A stretch of 64,000 nt of DNA from an uncultured Candidatus Entotheonella sp. (lineage in GTDB: Bacteria > Tectomicrobia > Entotheonellia > Entotheonellales > Entotheonellaceae), in the NCBI GenBank assembly GCA_965217185.1, contig OZ244252.1, positions 1,728,001 to 1,792,000 of the forward strand, written 5' to 3'. The notes below the pieces were generated by a model. The model saw nothing but the letters and a program-made list of their open reading frames with translations, made no database searches and was not told where the DNA came from. This document shows positions 19,818 through 30,063 of this stretch, one piece after another (the first letter of the stretch is position 1; each line of letters opens with the position of its first letter). A program made the translations under genes and the position numbers.

Positions 19818-20732
19818 TTACCCTGTCGAGCGCATTCGGGGGTCGAGGGTGTCCCGTACGGCATCCCCAAAGAGATTGAAGGCAAAGACCGAGACGGTAA
19901 TCGCCAAGCCGGGGAAAATAGCCATCCAAGGCGCGCTCTCGGCATACTCCTCAGCGCCGCCCTGAAGCATCAGCCCCCAGGCCGGCGTGGGTTCTTGAAC
20001 CCCGAGTCCCAGGTATGAAAGCGAGGCTTCCAGCAGGATCGCCTGCCCCAGGAACGCCGTCAGCATGATCAGGTAAGGCGCCACGACATTCGGCGTCATA
20101 TGGTACATCATGATGCGGGCGTGGCTGAAACCGCACGCCCGTGCGGCATCAATGTAGGGCAGTTCGCGCACGGCGAGAGCGCTGGAACGTACCACCCGAG
20201 CACAACGTGGAATAAAGGGCACAGTGATCGCCACGACGACATTGTGGGTGCTGGTGCCAAAGATTGACACGATGGCGAGCGCCATGATGATCAGCGGGAA
20301 AGCCATGAAGATGTCCATCAGGCGCTGAAAAAAGAGGTCGAAACGGCCGCCGAAATACGCACTGGCCACGCCCAACATCAACCCCAGAGAGGCCCCGATA
20401 AACGAAGCGACCAGCCCAACGAGCATGGCGGTGCGAGCCCCATAGACCAGCCTCGACAGTACATCGCGGCCAAACTGATCCGTACCAAACCAGTGGACCG
20501 TGCTGGGCGGTACATGCATACGGTCGAAGGCGTTGCGGACGGGATCGTAGGGGGCGATCACCGGTGCCAGCAGGGCCACCAGGAGCATGCCCAGCACGAT
20601 GACCGCCCCGGCCGCCCCGAGGGGCTTCTGGCGTACCCAGGACAGGGTGGCGCGTCCCAGCCTAACGCCTGTCAAAGCGCCTGACGTTGCTTCACGGGCA
20701 ACCTGGGCAGGGGGCTCCGAAGCGGCCATCAA
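19818..20732 (-). CDS. dppC: Peptide ABC transporter permease (DppC/OppC)
   Basis: FGTDQFGRDVLSRLVYGAR, EASLSYLGLG, WGLML. Confidence 0.9.
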   Translation of the reverse strand: MMAASEPPAQVAREATSGALTGVRLGRATLSWVRQKPLGAAGAVIVLGMLLVALLAPVIAPYDPVRNAFDRMHVPPSTVHWFGTDQFGRDVLSRLVYGARTAMLVGLVASFIGASLGLMLGVASAYFGGRFDLFFQRLMDIFMAFPLIIMALAIVSIFGTSTHNVVVAITVPFIPRCARVVRSSALAVRELPYIDAARACGFSHARIMMYHMTPNVVAPYLIMLTAFLGQAILLEASLSYLGLGVQEPTPAWGLMLQGGAEEYAESAPWMAIFPGLAITVSVFAFNLFGDAVRDTLDPRMRSTG

Positions 20733-20739
20733 GCCTCTC

Positions 20740-21711
20740 CTAACGGTAACGAATGCGTGGATCGATCCAGGCGTAAATCAGATCAATGACAAAATTGGTC
20801 ATGATAAATACGAAGGCCACGAGCATGACCAACGACTGTGTTAGCGTGTAATCATGATTTCCCACCGATTCAACGAAAAGCTTGCCAAGACCGTTCAAAT
20901 TGAATACTTGCTCGGTGACGACCAGCCCGCCTATCAGGAAGGCAAATTCGATCCCGATAACCGTGACGACAGGCAGCAAGGCATTTTTCAGGGCGTGCCG
21001 GTTGATGATCAAGTGCTCCACCAATCCCTTGGCGCGCGCCGTGCGTATGTAGTCCTCCTGCAGAACTTCCAGCAAAGCGGAGCGGGTCATGCGCGCCGCC
21101 ACGGCGGAATACCGATAGCCGGTGGCCAAAGCCGGCCACACCAGTTGCGACAGGTTGGCAACCGGGTCCACCCAGATCGGCGTGTACTGGATAGGCGGCA
21201 TCCAAGGCGTGCCCCAGAGCGCCTGCGTACCGATCAGGAGCGCCAGAATAATCAGGATGCCCAGCCAAAAGGAAGGCATGGCCAGGCCGGCAATGCTGAA
21301 GGCGCGTACCCCATAGTCGATCCACGTGTCCTGGTTAATGGCCGATAGGGTTCCGAGTGGAATCGCCAGGAGAATGGCCGTCATCGTGGCCATGATGGCC
21401 ACTTGCAGCGAGAGTTGAAAACGCAAACCTATTTCGTAGATGATCGGCCGCCCGGTCCACATGGAAACGCCAAAATCACCGCGTACCATGCCCCACACCC
21501 AGTCGAAAAATTGCCTTGGCAGCGACTTGGTCAGCCCGGCCTGCTCACGGCAGAGCTGGATGGCCTTCTCATCAGCGTAGGCCCCTTCACCAGCGAGCCT
21601 GAGTTCGCAAACGTCGCCTGGAATGAGACGCATCAGCAGGAAGACGAACACGGCCGCCCCCAACAAGGTGGGAATCATCAAGAGCAGCCGCTTGCCAATA
21701 TACTTCGTCAT
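20740..21711 (-). CDS. dppB: Peptide ABC transporter permease (DppB/OppB)
   Basis: IPGD, GDFGVS, EDYIRTARAKGL, HALKNA, DPRIR. Confidence 0.9.
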   Translation of the reverse strand: MTKYIGKRLLLMIPTLLGAAVFVFLLMRLIPGDVCELRLAGEGAYADEKAIQLCREQAGLTKSLPRQFFDWVWGMVRGDFGVSMWTGRPIIYEIGLRFQLSLQVAIMATMTAILLAIPLGTLSAINQDTWIDYGVRAFSIAGLAMPSFWLGILIILALLIGTQALWGTPWMPPIQYTPIWVDPVANLSQLVWPALATGYRYSAVAARMTRSALLEVLQEDYIRTARAKGLVEHLIINRHALKNALLPVVTVIGIEFAFLIGGLVVTEQVFNLNGLGKLFVESVGNHDYTLTQSLVMLVAFVFIMTNFVIDLIYAWIDPRIRYR

Positions 21712-21744
21712 GCGCGTGCACCCTGCGCTGATCATGCCGGCACG

Positions 21745-23364
21745 CTATGGCGCCAGCCATACCGTAGACAGATCCTGATTCAAGTAGTGGCTCGGGCTAA
21801 TTGTCCACCCGCGCACGTTCGAGCGATGGGGAATGATACGGTACCACCACAAGGTCACCAGCATGTGGGCCTGCTCATCAAGGGCGCGCTTTTCAAAACG
21901 CCGCATGAGCCGTCGCTGCTCGGCCGCGTCCGGGGTACGGTTCATCCGGTCAAACAGATCGTCGAGCACCCGGTCCTGGTAATTGGCGTAGTTATTCCCC
22001 GAGCGGTCATTGGAGACAAACTTCGACACGTCGAGCAACGGGTTGACGACCGCCTGACAGTTAAAATCGATACTGACGGCAAAGCGCTTGCTCTGACTTC
22101 GCAGGGTTTGAAAAAAAGGCCCGGTTGGCTGTACCCACTGCTCGGCATTAAGGCCAATATGGCGCCATTGATCGATCAACCAGGTGCCGATGATCTTGTA
22201 CGGCTGATCCACGCCGCGATTATGCAATTTGAACCTGAAACCCTCAGGCACCCCGGCCTGTTGCAACAGGCGGCGCGCCTCGGCCCGTGAGGCCTCGAGG
22301 TCCGGCCAGTACCCCGCGATGTCCTGCAGTTCGTCCGCCGTTGCAGCGAAGGGATGACCTGGAAAGACCACCCCACCCACTGTTTTGACCACGGCAATCT
22401 TCGACAGGTACATCGAGCCCCCCCAACGGTCGATCGCCAACGACAGCGCCCGACGCACGCGCGGGTCGTCAAAGGGGGGCACCAAATGGTTCGGGGTCAC
22501 CAGGAGGACACAATTCCAGTCAGACTCTTGCACGGTAATGGCCTCTCCCAACGCACGCACCAGATCATGACGGCTTTTGGGGGGAAAGCCACGAAATTCG
22601 ATCATGGCCCGGCCCCCACGGATCGCCTGCACACGCAACGACTGCTTTTTGGCAAAAATGGCCCGGAAGCCGTCAAGATAGGGTTGGCCCGCATGATGAT
22701 AGTTCGGATGACGCCTGCCGGTAATAAAGGCGCCGGGCTGGTGCTCGGTGAAGATAAACGGCCCGGACCCCAGCACCTGGTGCTCGTACCAGCGCATATC
22801 CTGCGCCAGTTGCTTGGCGCTGTAGATAAAGTTGAACGGGCTTGCTAGAGCCGGGATGAATGCCGCTGAAGGGTGGTGCAATTTGAAGACCACGGTGAAC
22901 TCATCGCTGGCATAAAAGGTGTCCACCATACTGAAAAAGGCCTGGCGTGCACTGGCCACACCGGCAGGTGGAAAGATGATCTTGTTGAACGTGGCCACGA
23001 CGTCGTCTGCAGTCACCCTTTGTCCATCCGCGAAGGTGGCGTTTTGGCGCAGCTTAAACGTATAGGTGGTGCCGTTATCCGTGGGTTCGGGCACCTCGAG
23101 GGCCAGATCGCCTGCAAAATCGGTTGGAGACCCCGGATTATCCGGATTGACCCGAATCAGCACACTGTAGAAGGGAGCAATCGGGTGAATTAAGGCAAAG
23201 GTGGTCTCACGATGGCCATCGAAGCTGGGGGGCTCCGCCGGCACGACATAGGTCAGAATGCCACCGTATGTCGGCGTTTCAGCAAGCGCCGGGCAGCAAG
23301 CCACGCCCATCAACAGACCCATCACGACCCACACCAGCCCTAACCGTCGTTGGATGCGTTGCAT
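21745..23364 (-). CDS. dppA: Peptide ABC transporter substrate-binding protein (family 5)
   Basis: Signal peptide, YTFKLRQNATFADG, GSGPF, PPFDDPRVRRAL; AGGAG RBS. Confidence 0.9.
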   Translation of the reverse strand: MQRIQRRLGLVWVVMGLLMGVACCPALAETPTYGGILTYVVPAEPPSFDGHRETTFALIHPIAPFYSVLIRVNPDNPGSPTDFAGDLALEVPEPTDNGTTYTFKLRQNATFADGQRVTADDVVATFNKIIFPPAGVASARQAFFSMVDTFYASDEFTVVFKLHHPSAAFIPALASPFNFIYSAKQLAQDMRWYEHQVLGSGPFIFTEHQPGAFITGRRHPNYHHAGQPYLDGFRAIFAKKQSLRVQAIRGGRAMIEFRGFPPKSRHDLVRALGEAITVQESDWNCVLLVTPNHLVPPFDDPRVRRALSLAIDRWGGSMYLSKIAVVKTVGGVVFPGHPFAATADELQDIAGYWPDLEASRAEARRLLQQAGVPEGFRFKLHNRGVDQPYKIIGTWLIDQWRHIGLNAEQWVQPTGPFFQTLRSQSKRFAVSIDFNCQAVVNPLLDVSKFVSNDRSGNNYANYQDRVLDDLFDRMNRTPDAAEQRRLMRRFEKRALDEQAHMLVTLWWYRIIPHRSNVRGWTISPSHYLNQDLSTVWLAP

Positions 23365-23416
23365 GGCACTCGTTCTCCTTATTGGCTCCTGATCGGGGTC
23401 GGGCAGGTCGCCCGGT

Positions 23417-24439
23417 TTAGATCTCTGTGCACGCCACCCAATGTCCGGGCGCCGTCTCTCGCAAGGCCGGCGCCTGACGACGGCAGCTGGCAACGGCCAT
23501 AGGACAACGCGGATGAAAGACACAACCACTTGGGGGATTGATCGGGCTTGGCACCTCCCCGGTGAGGATCACGCGCTGGCGACTGTCCTCGACCTGCGGG
23601 TCTGGAACCGGCACAGCGGAAAGCAGGGCCTGAGTGTAGGGATGTTCAGGGTGCTCATAAAGGGTGTCACAGGTGGCCATCTCGACAATCTTGCCCAGGT
23701 ACATGACCGCCACCCGATGGCACAGATGACGTACGACGCTCAAATCATGCGCAATGAAAAGATACGTGAGACGAAAGGCATCGCGTAGCTCTTCGAGCAG
23801 ATTGATGATCTGCGCCTGAATGGACACGTCGAGCGCCGAAACGGGCTCATCGCAGATCAACAAGGCTGGCTGCGTCGACAGGGCCCGCGCAATGCCGACG
23901 CGCTGGCGTTGCCCGCCGCTCATCTCGTGTGGATAACGTTGGGCCATCTCCGGGCTCAGGCCACAACGACTCAGGAGTTCGTTGACACGTTCCCACCGCC
24001 GGCGTCTATCGGGCTCAACGCCGTGTACCTTCATGGGTTCCGCAATGGTCGCGCCGATCTTCTGACGTGGATTGAGAGCGCTGTAGGGGTCTTGAAAGAT
24101 AACCTGAATCTTTCGCCGCAGCGGCCGCAACTCCTGCTCATTGAGTTCAACGAGGTTCGTCCCCTCAAAGCGTATCTGTCCGGCGGTAGGGCGATCGAGC
24201 TGCAAGATGCAGCGCCCCAAGGTGGTTTTGCCACACCCGGACTCGCCAACCAGGCCAAGCGTTTCCCCCTGGCTGAGGCGGAAACTCACGTCATCAACCG
24301 CCTTGACATACGCCACCGTCTTCTGGAAGAACATGCCTTGGGGGATGGGGAAATACTTTTTGACACCCACCACGTCGAGCAGGCACGCCTCCGTAGCCCT
24401 GCCTTCTGCCGCAGGGGTATTCTCAGTCAGCGCCGTCAT
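23417..24439 (-). CDS. dppF: Peptide ABC transporter ATPase (DppF/OppF)
   Basis: [29 protein letters not shown]-terminal Cys motif. Confidence 0.92.
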   Translation of the reverse strand: MTALTENTPAAEGRATEACLLDVVGVKKYFPIPQGMFFQKTVAYVKAVDDVSFRLSQGETLGLVGESGCGKTTLGRCILQLDRPTAGQIRFEGTNLVELNEQELRPLRRKIQVIFQDPYSALNPRQKIGATIAEPMKVHGVEPDRRRRWERVNELLSRCGLSPEMAQRYPHEMSGGQRQRVGIARALSTQPALLICDEPVSALDVSIQAQIINLLEELRDAFRLTYLFIAHDLSVVRHLCHRVAVMYLGKIVEMATCDTLYEHPEHPYTQALLSAVPVPDPQVEDSRQRVILTGEVPSPINPPSGCVFHPRCPMAVASCRRQAPALRETAPGHWVACTEI

Positions 24440-25434
24440 CAGGCCACCCCCTGGGGCTCACCAAGCTGGTTCTGTTGCCAACACGCCGAGCCATGGCCGT
24501 TTTCCAGATGCACCAGGTAGGGCACCTCAAGGGCGCAGCGCTCTACTTTGAAGTGGCAACGTGGCCCAAAGGCGCATCCGCGCGGTAGCCGCATCAGGTC
24601 GGGCGGCTGCCCTGGAATCGACTCCAGCTGGCGTCGGCGAGGCTGATCCAGACGGGGAACCGACCGCAATAATCCCAAGGTATAGGGGTGGCGCGGATGG
24701 CGGTAGACATCGCGGGCCTTACCCTGCTCGATGATTTTGCCGGCGTACATGACGTTGACCCGATCGGCGTAACGCGCCACCACCCCCAGATTGTGCGTAA
24801 TAAGGATCAACGCCACCCCGAGGCGCCGGCTCAGGGCTTTCATCAACTCCAATATCTGAGCCTGAATCGTGACGTCGAGTGCGGTGGTAGGCTCATCAGC
24901 AACGATTAACGCCGGTTCACAGCACAGCGCCATGGCAATCATGACGCGCTGACGCATACCTCCACTGAGGTGGTGCGGATACTGCTTGAGACGCTGCTCG
25001 GAATCGGGAATCCCCACCATCTGCAAGTACGCCACGGCTCTTTTGGCGCTCTCTGCGCGACTAATGGCCAAATGCTGCACCATGGTTTCCGTTAACTGCA
25101 AGCCAATGGTCAGCACGGGGTTGAGCGAGGTCATGGGCTCCTGGAACACCATGGCGATTTGACGACCGCGTACCGCCCGCATGTCTTCGTTGCTCAGCGC
25201 CAGCAGATCTTGACCCCAAAAGCGAATCGAGCCAGACACAATGCGCCCAGGCGGAACCGGAAGCAGCCTGAGGATCGACAGCGCGCTCACAGACTTGCCG
25301 CACCCCGATTCGCCAACAATCGCCACCGTTTCCCCCTGTTCCACGTCATACGACATGCCATCGACGGCATGGACGATGCCCGAAGGGGTGTGAAACTGGG
25401 TTCTGAGGTCTTGGACTTCCAGCAGTTTCGCCAT
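24439..25434 (-). CDS. dppD: Peptide ABC transporter ATPase (DppD/OppD)
   Basis: [33 protein letters not shown]. Confidence 0.92.
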   Translation of the reverse strand: MAKLLEVQDLRTQFHTPSGIVHAVDGMSYDVEQGETVAIVGESGCGKSVSALSILRLLPVPPGRIVSGSIRFWGQDLLALSNEDMRAVRGRQIAMVFQEPMTSLNPVLTIGLQLTETMVQHLAISRAESAKRAVAYLQMVGIPDSEQRLKQYPHHLSGGMRQRVMIAMALCCEPALIVADEPTTALDVTIQAQILELMKALSRRLGVALILITHNLGVVARYADRVNVMYAGKIIEQGKARDVYRHPRHPYTLGLLRSVPRLDQPRRRQLESIPGQPPDLMRLPRGCAFGPRCHFKVERCALEVPYLVHLENGHGSACWQQNQLGEPQGVA

Positions 25435-25559
25435 GCGCCGGATTATACGTCATGTGAAGGGATGAAATGGGAGTCGATGCCGACCAAGTGCAGTTCGTCG
25501 CCGGCAACGCCCTCAACTTGCCCGGTTCTTTGCCTCGTGCTGTGGATTTTCTTCTCTAA

Positions 25560-27033
25560 TACTACAGTTGCAATTCCACGTTACGATTCTGGCGCCGTCG
25601 GTAATGACACCATCGCGCCATCCATTGATGCCGACGGCGCCATTTGCTCCATCCCAACACCTGCTCCACGCCGTGCCACACCCTCAGCACTAAACGCCAA
25701 AACAAACGCCGTATCTCCGCCACACTCAACACGACACCAAGCCCCGCGACGCTTTGAAGCCCAACAGACTGCTCACCGACGAGCGTTTTTTTTCCACCAC
25801 CTCCAAGTGGGCGGCCCGCACGGCACTCAGCAACGCCAACGCCCACATCGACAAGGTGACGTGACGATACCACCCCGTCCAACTGCGAACCTCATACTCA
25901 TCTAGTCCCACTTCACCCTTGGCCGCCTCAAAACACATCTCAATACACCAACGCCGACCCGCCACCGACACCAGCGTCGCCAAGTCCGTGCCGCACGGCG
26001 CATACACCGCATAGGCCGTCAACTTCCCGTCCGCTTTCAGGCTGCGACGCACCAGCAAACAGCGGCGCCAACCCGCCTGCGCCGCCGTCAACCCCACACA
26101 CTGCCAGTCATAGAACCTCGGCCCCTTGCTCCCCGAACCGGCACTCAGTCGCTGCCAAGCCCCCTCGTCAAGCCCCGCAAGCACCGACTGCACCGAACAC
26201 GGACGACCCTCAAACCAGACACGTTCCTTGCCAGACACCGCCAACACATACGCCTTTGCCTGCCCTTCCAACCACAGACGCAAGCGACGCGCGTCGCCGT
26301 AAACGCTGTCGCCCACCACCCACGAGGCAGGCACCCCCGAAGCAAAGGCGCGCTCAAGCATCGTCCGGGCTAACTCAGGTTTGGTGGCAAACTCTGCCTC
26401 TGGAGCAATGCCCGCCCGCTGGCAGCGCGCAGCATCCTCCGTCCACGACGCGGGTAGGTATAAGGCACGGTCCAGCAAGGTCTGACCCAGGCGACTGGCG
26501 TAGCCCACAAACACGCCAATCTGACAGTTTTCGACTTTGCCGGCCGTGCCGCTGTACTGCCTGGCCACCCCGGCGGAGCGGTCGCCTTTTTTCAAGAATC
26601 CCGTCTCATCGACCACCAGCACCGCGTCGGGGTCGCCCAGGTGTGCCACGACGTAGGCACACAGGGCGTCTCGCAGGTCGTCGGCCTGCCACGAAGCCCG
26701 TCCGAGCAAGTGCTGGATGCCATAGGGCGTAGCATCGCCGTTGATTTCCGCCAACTGCCAGGCGTTTTTACGTTCTGTGGTGCTGAGCAGTCCTTCGATA
26801 TAGGCCACGGCGCGTTGCCACGATTCCCGACGGCCAAAGGAGGGACGCAGGCACTGGTCCACCTCATGGAGATAGGCTTGCCAGCCCGTGACAGTCGTCA
26901 TAGCCTGCCCCGTGCTTGACATGGGGTCGGCCTCGGTTGCGAGCGAGTTGAACGGCTGGCTTAACATCATGGCTCTCCTTCGCTTTGCGTTCAGGGAAAA
27001 GACCATGATAACAGCTAAACCGCAACTGTAGTA
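25560..27033 (-). mobile_element. IS701-family element A
   Basis: IR TACTACAGTTGC / GCAACTGTAGTA. CTAA (YTAR) duplicated at 25556-25559 and 27034-27037. Confidence 0.92.
25726..27006 (-). CDS. IS701 transposase; the usual C-terminal block lies in another frame (25562-25790)
   Basis: VVDETGFLKKG, GVARQYSG, NCQ, VGDSVYG, RWCIE.CF..KGEVGLD. Start uncertain (26922 or later possible). Confidence 0.88.
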   Translation of the reverse strand: MVFSLNAKRRRAMMLSQPFNSLATEADPMSSTGQAMTTVTGWQAYLHEVDQCLRPSFGRRESWQRAVAYIEGLLSTTERKNAWQLAEINGDATPYGIQHLLGRASWQADDLRDALCAYVVAHLGDPDAVLVVDETGFLKKGDRSAGVARQYSGTAGKVENCQIGVFVGYASRLGQTLLDRALYLPASWTEDAARCQRAGIAPEAEFATKPELARTMLERAFASGVPASWVVGDSVYGDARRLRLWLEGQAKAYVLAVSGKERVWFEGRPCSVQSVLAGLDEGAWQRLSAGSGSKGPRFYDWQCVGLTAAQAGWRRCLLVRRSLKADGKLTAYAVYAPCGTDLATLVSVAGRRWCIEMCFEAAKGEVGLDEYEVRSWTGWYRHVTLSMWALALLSAVRAAHLEVVEKKRSSVSSLLGFKASRGLVSC

Positions 27034-27038
27034 CTAAG

Positions 27039-28329
27039 CTCGACTTTGTACGAATTTGGTCAAGTCAGTGCGTGTAACAGGCCGATTGCATCAAGCCCTG
27101 CAGATAGACCCGAGGGATTTCTACCCATTCGGTATCGGGCGTTGATGTTGAAAAATCCTCGACCTTCCACAGGTGCTGCCGTACCGCTGCCAAAGCGTCG
27201 CTGAACGTCGCCTGCTCCTTGGCATACCAAGCACTCTGTCGCACCGCCAAGCGACCGTCCAGATACAGGCCATGAGCCAGCAGCGCCACCAGCGAATACA
27301 AGCTCAGTAGACACGGCGTCGTGCGTTCGATCGCCAGGTCCGACCACTGACGCTGGGTCTCAAAGCCCAAGTGGGCACGGCTCTTTTCGAAGGTCGTCTC
27401 AATGCTCCAGCGCTTGATGAAACACGCCACGACATCGCCTGCCCGGTCACTGGGACACGTCGAGAAGAAGGCCCGTGGTGGGCACTGAGCGTCACAGGGA
27501 CGTACCAGGACCCACCGCAGCGGCAGCACTGGCTGGCCGCTGCGGTACCATAGTGCCGTGCCGCTACTGACCTGCAACCGTCGCACGCGGCCATCGTACC
27601 AGCGTACACGCAGGCATTGCCAAGGAGTCGCCGCGTCGTGCAGGCGCTCGGCCAAACTGGGCAGCCGCTTGCCCTTGTGACGGGGGCGTCCCCGCGTGCC
27701 CACTGGGCGACGGTCTTGTGTCTCAGCCCCAGGCGCTCACTGACTTGCGGCGTTGGCGCCGGGACGCTCAAGATGGGCAAGGCCCAGCAACGGCTATTCC
27801 AGGGTGGCGTGATGACCAGGGTCAGCACGATCCAGCGTAGGCCACTGGTGCTGACGGTGCGCTTGCGGCTGGAAGCTAGCGGGTCGCGGTAATGACCGCG
27901 CTTGCTGATACGTCGGCCCCAGCGTCGCTCCAACGTTTCGTCAATGACGAACGTGAGGCTGCCGCCAGCGGCATCGAAGGTCTGCACCAGCAAGGACAGC
28001 AGACAGCGACTGCCTTTGAGAGCGGACCAGCGGGCACGGTTGAACACCTGATGGTAGAGACTGAACGACGGGGTATCGCCCTGCCCCGTGTGTCGCAGGG
28101 CTGCGGTGACGGTGCGTCGTCCGCGGGCCAATAAGGTGCCGATGAGCAGGCGTTGGGCTTTGCGCCAGGTTGGTACGCTGAAGAGACTTTGAAAGGGCGC
28201 CAGGAGGGTGCTACTGTTTGCTGAAGGGGGCATCGCTGACCTCACTGCAAGATGGTTGGCGTGGAACCTACCATCCTACAATACGGCGGCGATGTCCCTG
28301 GAGCCCTCCTCATTTTGTACAAAGTCGAG
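27039..28329 (-). mobile_element. IS701-like element B with internal deletion
   Basis: IR CTCGACTTTGTAC / GTACAAAGTCGAG. CTAAG duplicated at 27034-27038 and 28330-28334. Confidence 0.88.
27065..28245 (-). pseudogene. IS701-like transposase, deleted and frameshifted near 27703
   Basis: N-part IDETLERRWG..RDP; C-part RWSIETTF..HLGFETQRQW. The central catalytic Asp region is missing. Confidence 0.8.
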
Positions 28330-28901
28330 CTAAGATTCTGTTCCATAAGTCGTGAATGGCCCCGACATGTGCTATTCCAAGTTGATTGCGACACCGTACT
28401 TGGAGGATCACATGCCTTGGGACAGGACACCAGCAATCCTCTGCCTCGTCCAGGGTCTCGTGAGCGTGGCCGCACGTGCCGACCGAACCGAAGACTGAGG
28501 GCAAGACCTACGCCCTCACGATGATGTGGGGGAATCAGACTTTGGGAGAAGTGGACCGCATCATTGCCGAGTTCGGTTTGGACGATATCACCTACAAACC
28601 CATGAATTAAAGGGGCGCTACGCGCGTCGTACCGACCAATCCCGCTGCTAACTTCGTATAAGGCCATTATTATGTAAACTTTACCATTGGCTGAAACCCG
28701 CATAAACATTGGCCGAACCTTAAACGGCCCGGGATTCAGTTGGCGCGCTCCACCGGAAGGAAGCACTCCCAGGAATTAAGGCAGGCCTGGTGGGACGCGG
28801 AATTGGATTCAGGAGCGTTTTGGCGACTTGGATGGGACACGGACCCACAGCATTGCGCCAATCCACCTCGACAAAGTAAACCCTGCACAGGATCAATCGG
28901 T

Positions 28902-29804
28902 TCAGATTGACGAGTACGACTCGGGACGAAGGTACACGACGCCCTTGCCCCAATCGTAGGTTTTGACGCCGTCGGGTGGCTGGCTGCCGGGGCCGCATAG
29001 GATTTCCAACTCGCGCTCGGTGCTCAGCGGCCAGCGCTCGAACAATTCCGCCGGGGTGGGATCGGGACGTGGGGCGGCGGTGGAGCCGGGCATCGCGTGC
29101 TCCATGGCTTTGATGTAATCCTCGAAGTCACACCAGCCGGGGACGGTGTGCTCGCCGCCGGGGCCGCGAAACAGCAGGGTCGGGAAGGCATAGCGGTCGA
29201 GACCCTCGGTCTGCTTCAGGTTGCCGATGCCGGGCCAGTCGCCTTCAAGGTGCCGGACGTCATCGTTGGGACGGCGGGTTTCGTCCCAATCCTGCCGATA
29301 GGCATCGCGGGCTTCCTGACCGGCGAGATCGCGGGCAAGACGCTCCCGGTCGAGGCCCGGGGTGTCGCTGACGGCGTCGATGACGCGCTCCGGGGTGTCA
29401 GGCGGGCAGCCGAAGACGAACACCGCTTCCCGCATGCGGCGCAGGGCGTCGCGAGCGATGGCTTCTCCCTGCAGGCGGGCCGCGCAAAATCCGATACCGG
29501 CAGCCTCGCTGCCGCCGGGTGTCCAGTTGAGCGATACCGGGTATGGGCTGCCGGTATGGCCAGCCACCACGGACCAGTATTCCGACAAACGAGGCGCGCG
29601 GCCGACCGGATCCCAATCCGGCTTCTTGGTCAAATCGGCTACCAAGCCGCCCATCACCAGCCGCCAATCGCAGCGGTCCTCATAGCGCCACCGCAGCAGC
29701 CGCAGCTTCGGTTCCGATCCCCAGGCCCACGAACACATCACGTCAGTGTACTCAACGACCTCCAAGCGCTGCCCCATTTCGGCTCTCCTCGCATCCATCG
29801 TCAT
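28902..29804 (-). CDS. DsbA/FrnE-like thioredoxin-fold protein
   Basis: YTDVMCSWAWGSEP, MGGL, FPTLLF. Start may be 29777. Confidence 0.8.
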   Translation of the reverse strand: MTMDARRAEMGQRLEVVEYTDVMCSWAWGSEPKLRLLRWRYEDRCDWRLVMGGLVADLTKKPDWDPVGRAPRLSEYWSVVAGHTGSPYPVSLNWTPGGSEAAGIGFCAARLQGEAIARDALRRMREAVFVFGCPPDTPERVIDAVSDTPGLDRERLARDLAGQEARDAYRQDWDETRRPNDDVRHLEGDWPGIGNLKQTEGLDRYAFPTLLFRGPGGEHTVPGWCDFEDYIKAMEHAMPGSTAAPRPDPTPAELFERWPLSTERELEILCGPGSQPPDGVKTYDWGKGVVYLRPESYSSI

Positions 29805-29914
29805 CTCGGTGCCAGCCCCGAGTGGGGCTGTTTCACAGTGTGGCTCGCAGTGTAACGACGGTTTTGGCGCATGTCTATTTCTCGACCGACGCGGAAGTGC
29901 TCCGTTTTGGATTA

Positions 29915-29951
29915 CCCCCTCTCCCTAACCCTCCCCGCAGAGGGGGAGCGG
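29915..29951. repeat. CCCTC/GAGGG-type REP-like palindrome
   Basis: CCCCCTCTCCCTAACCCTCCCCGCAGAGGGGGAG in a divergent intergenic region. Confidence 0.55.
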
Positions 29952-30063
29952 CCAAGGAACGCGGGCCGTTTTACAACCGGCGGCCTTGTATGCTATGAAC
30001 CCTGCGAGCGGTTCCTGTGGTGGTTTGTATCCTCACTATCCTGATGCGAGTTTAGGAGATTCC

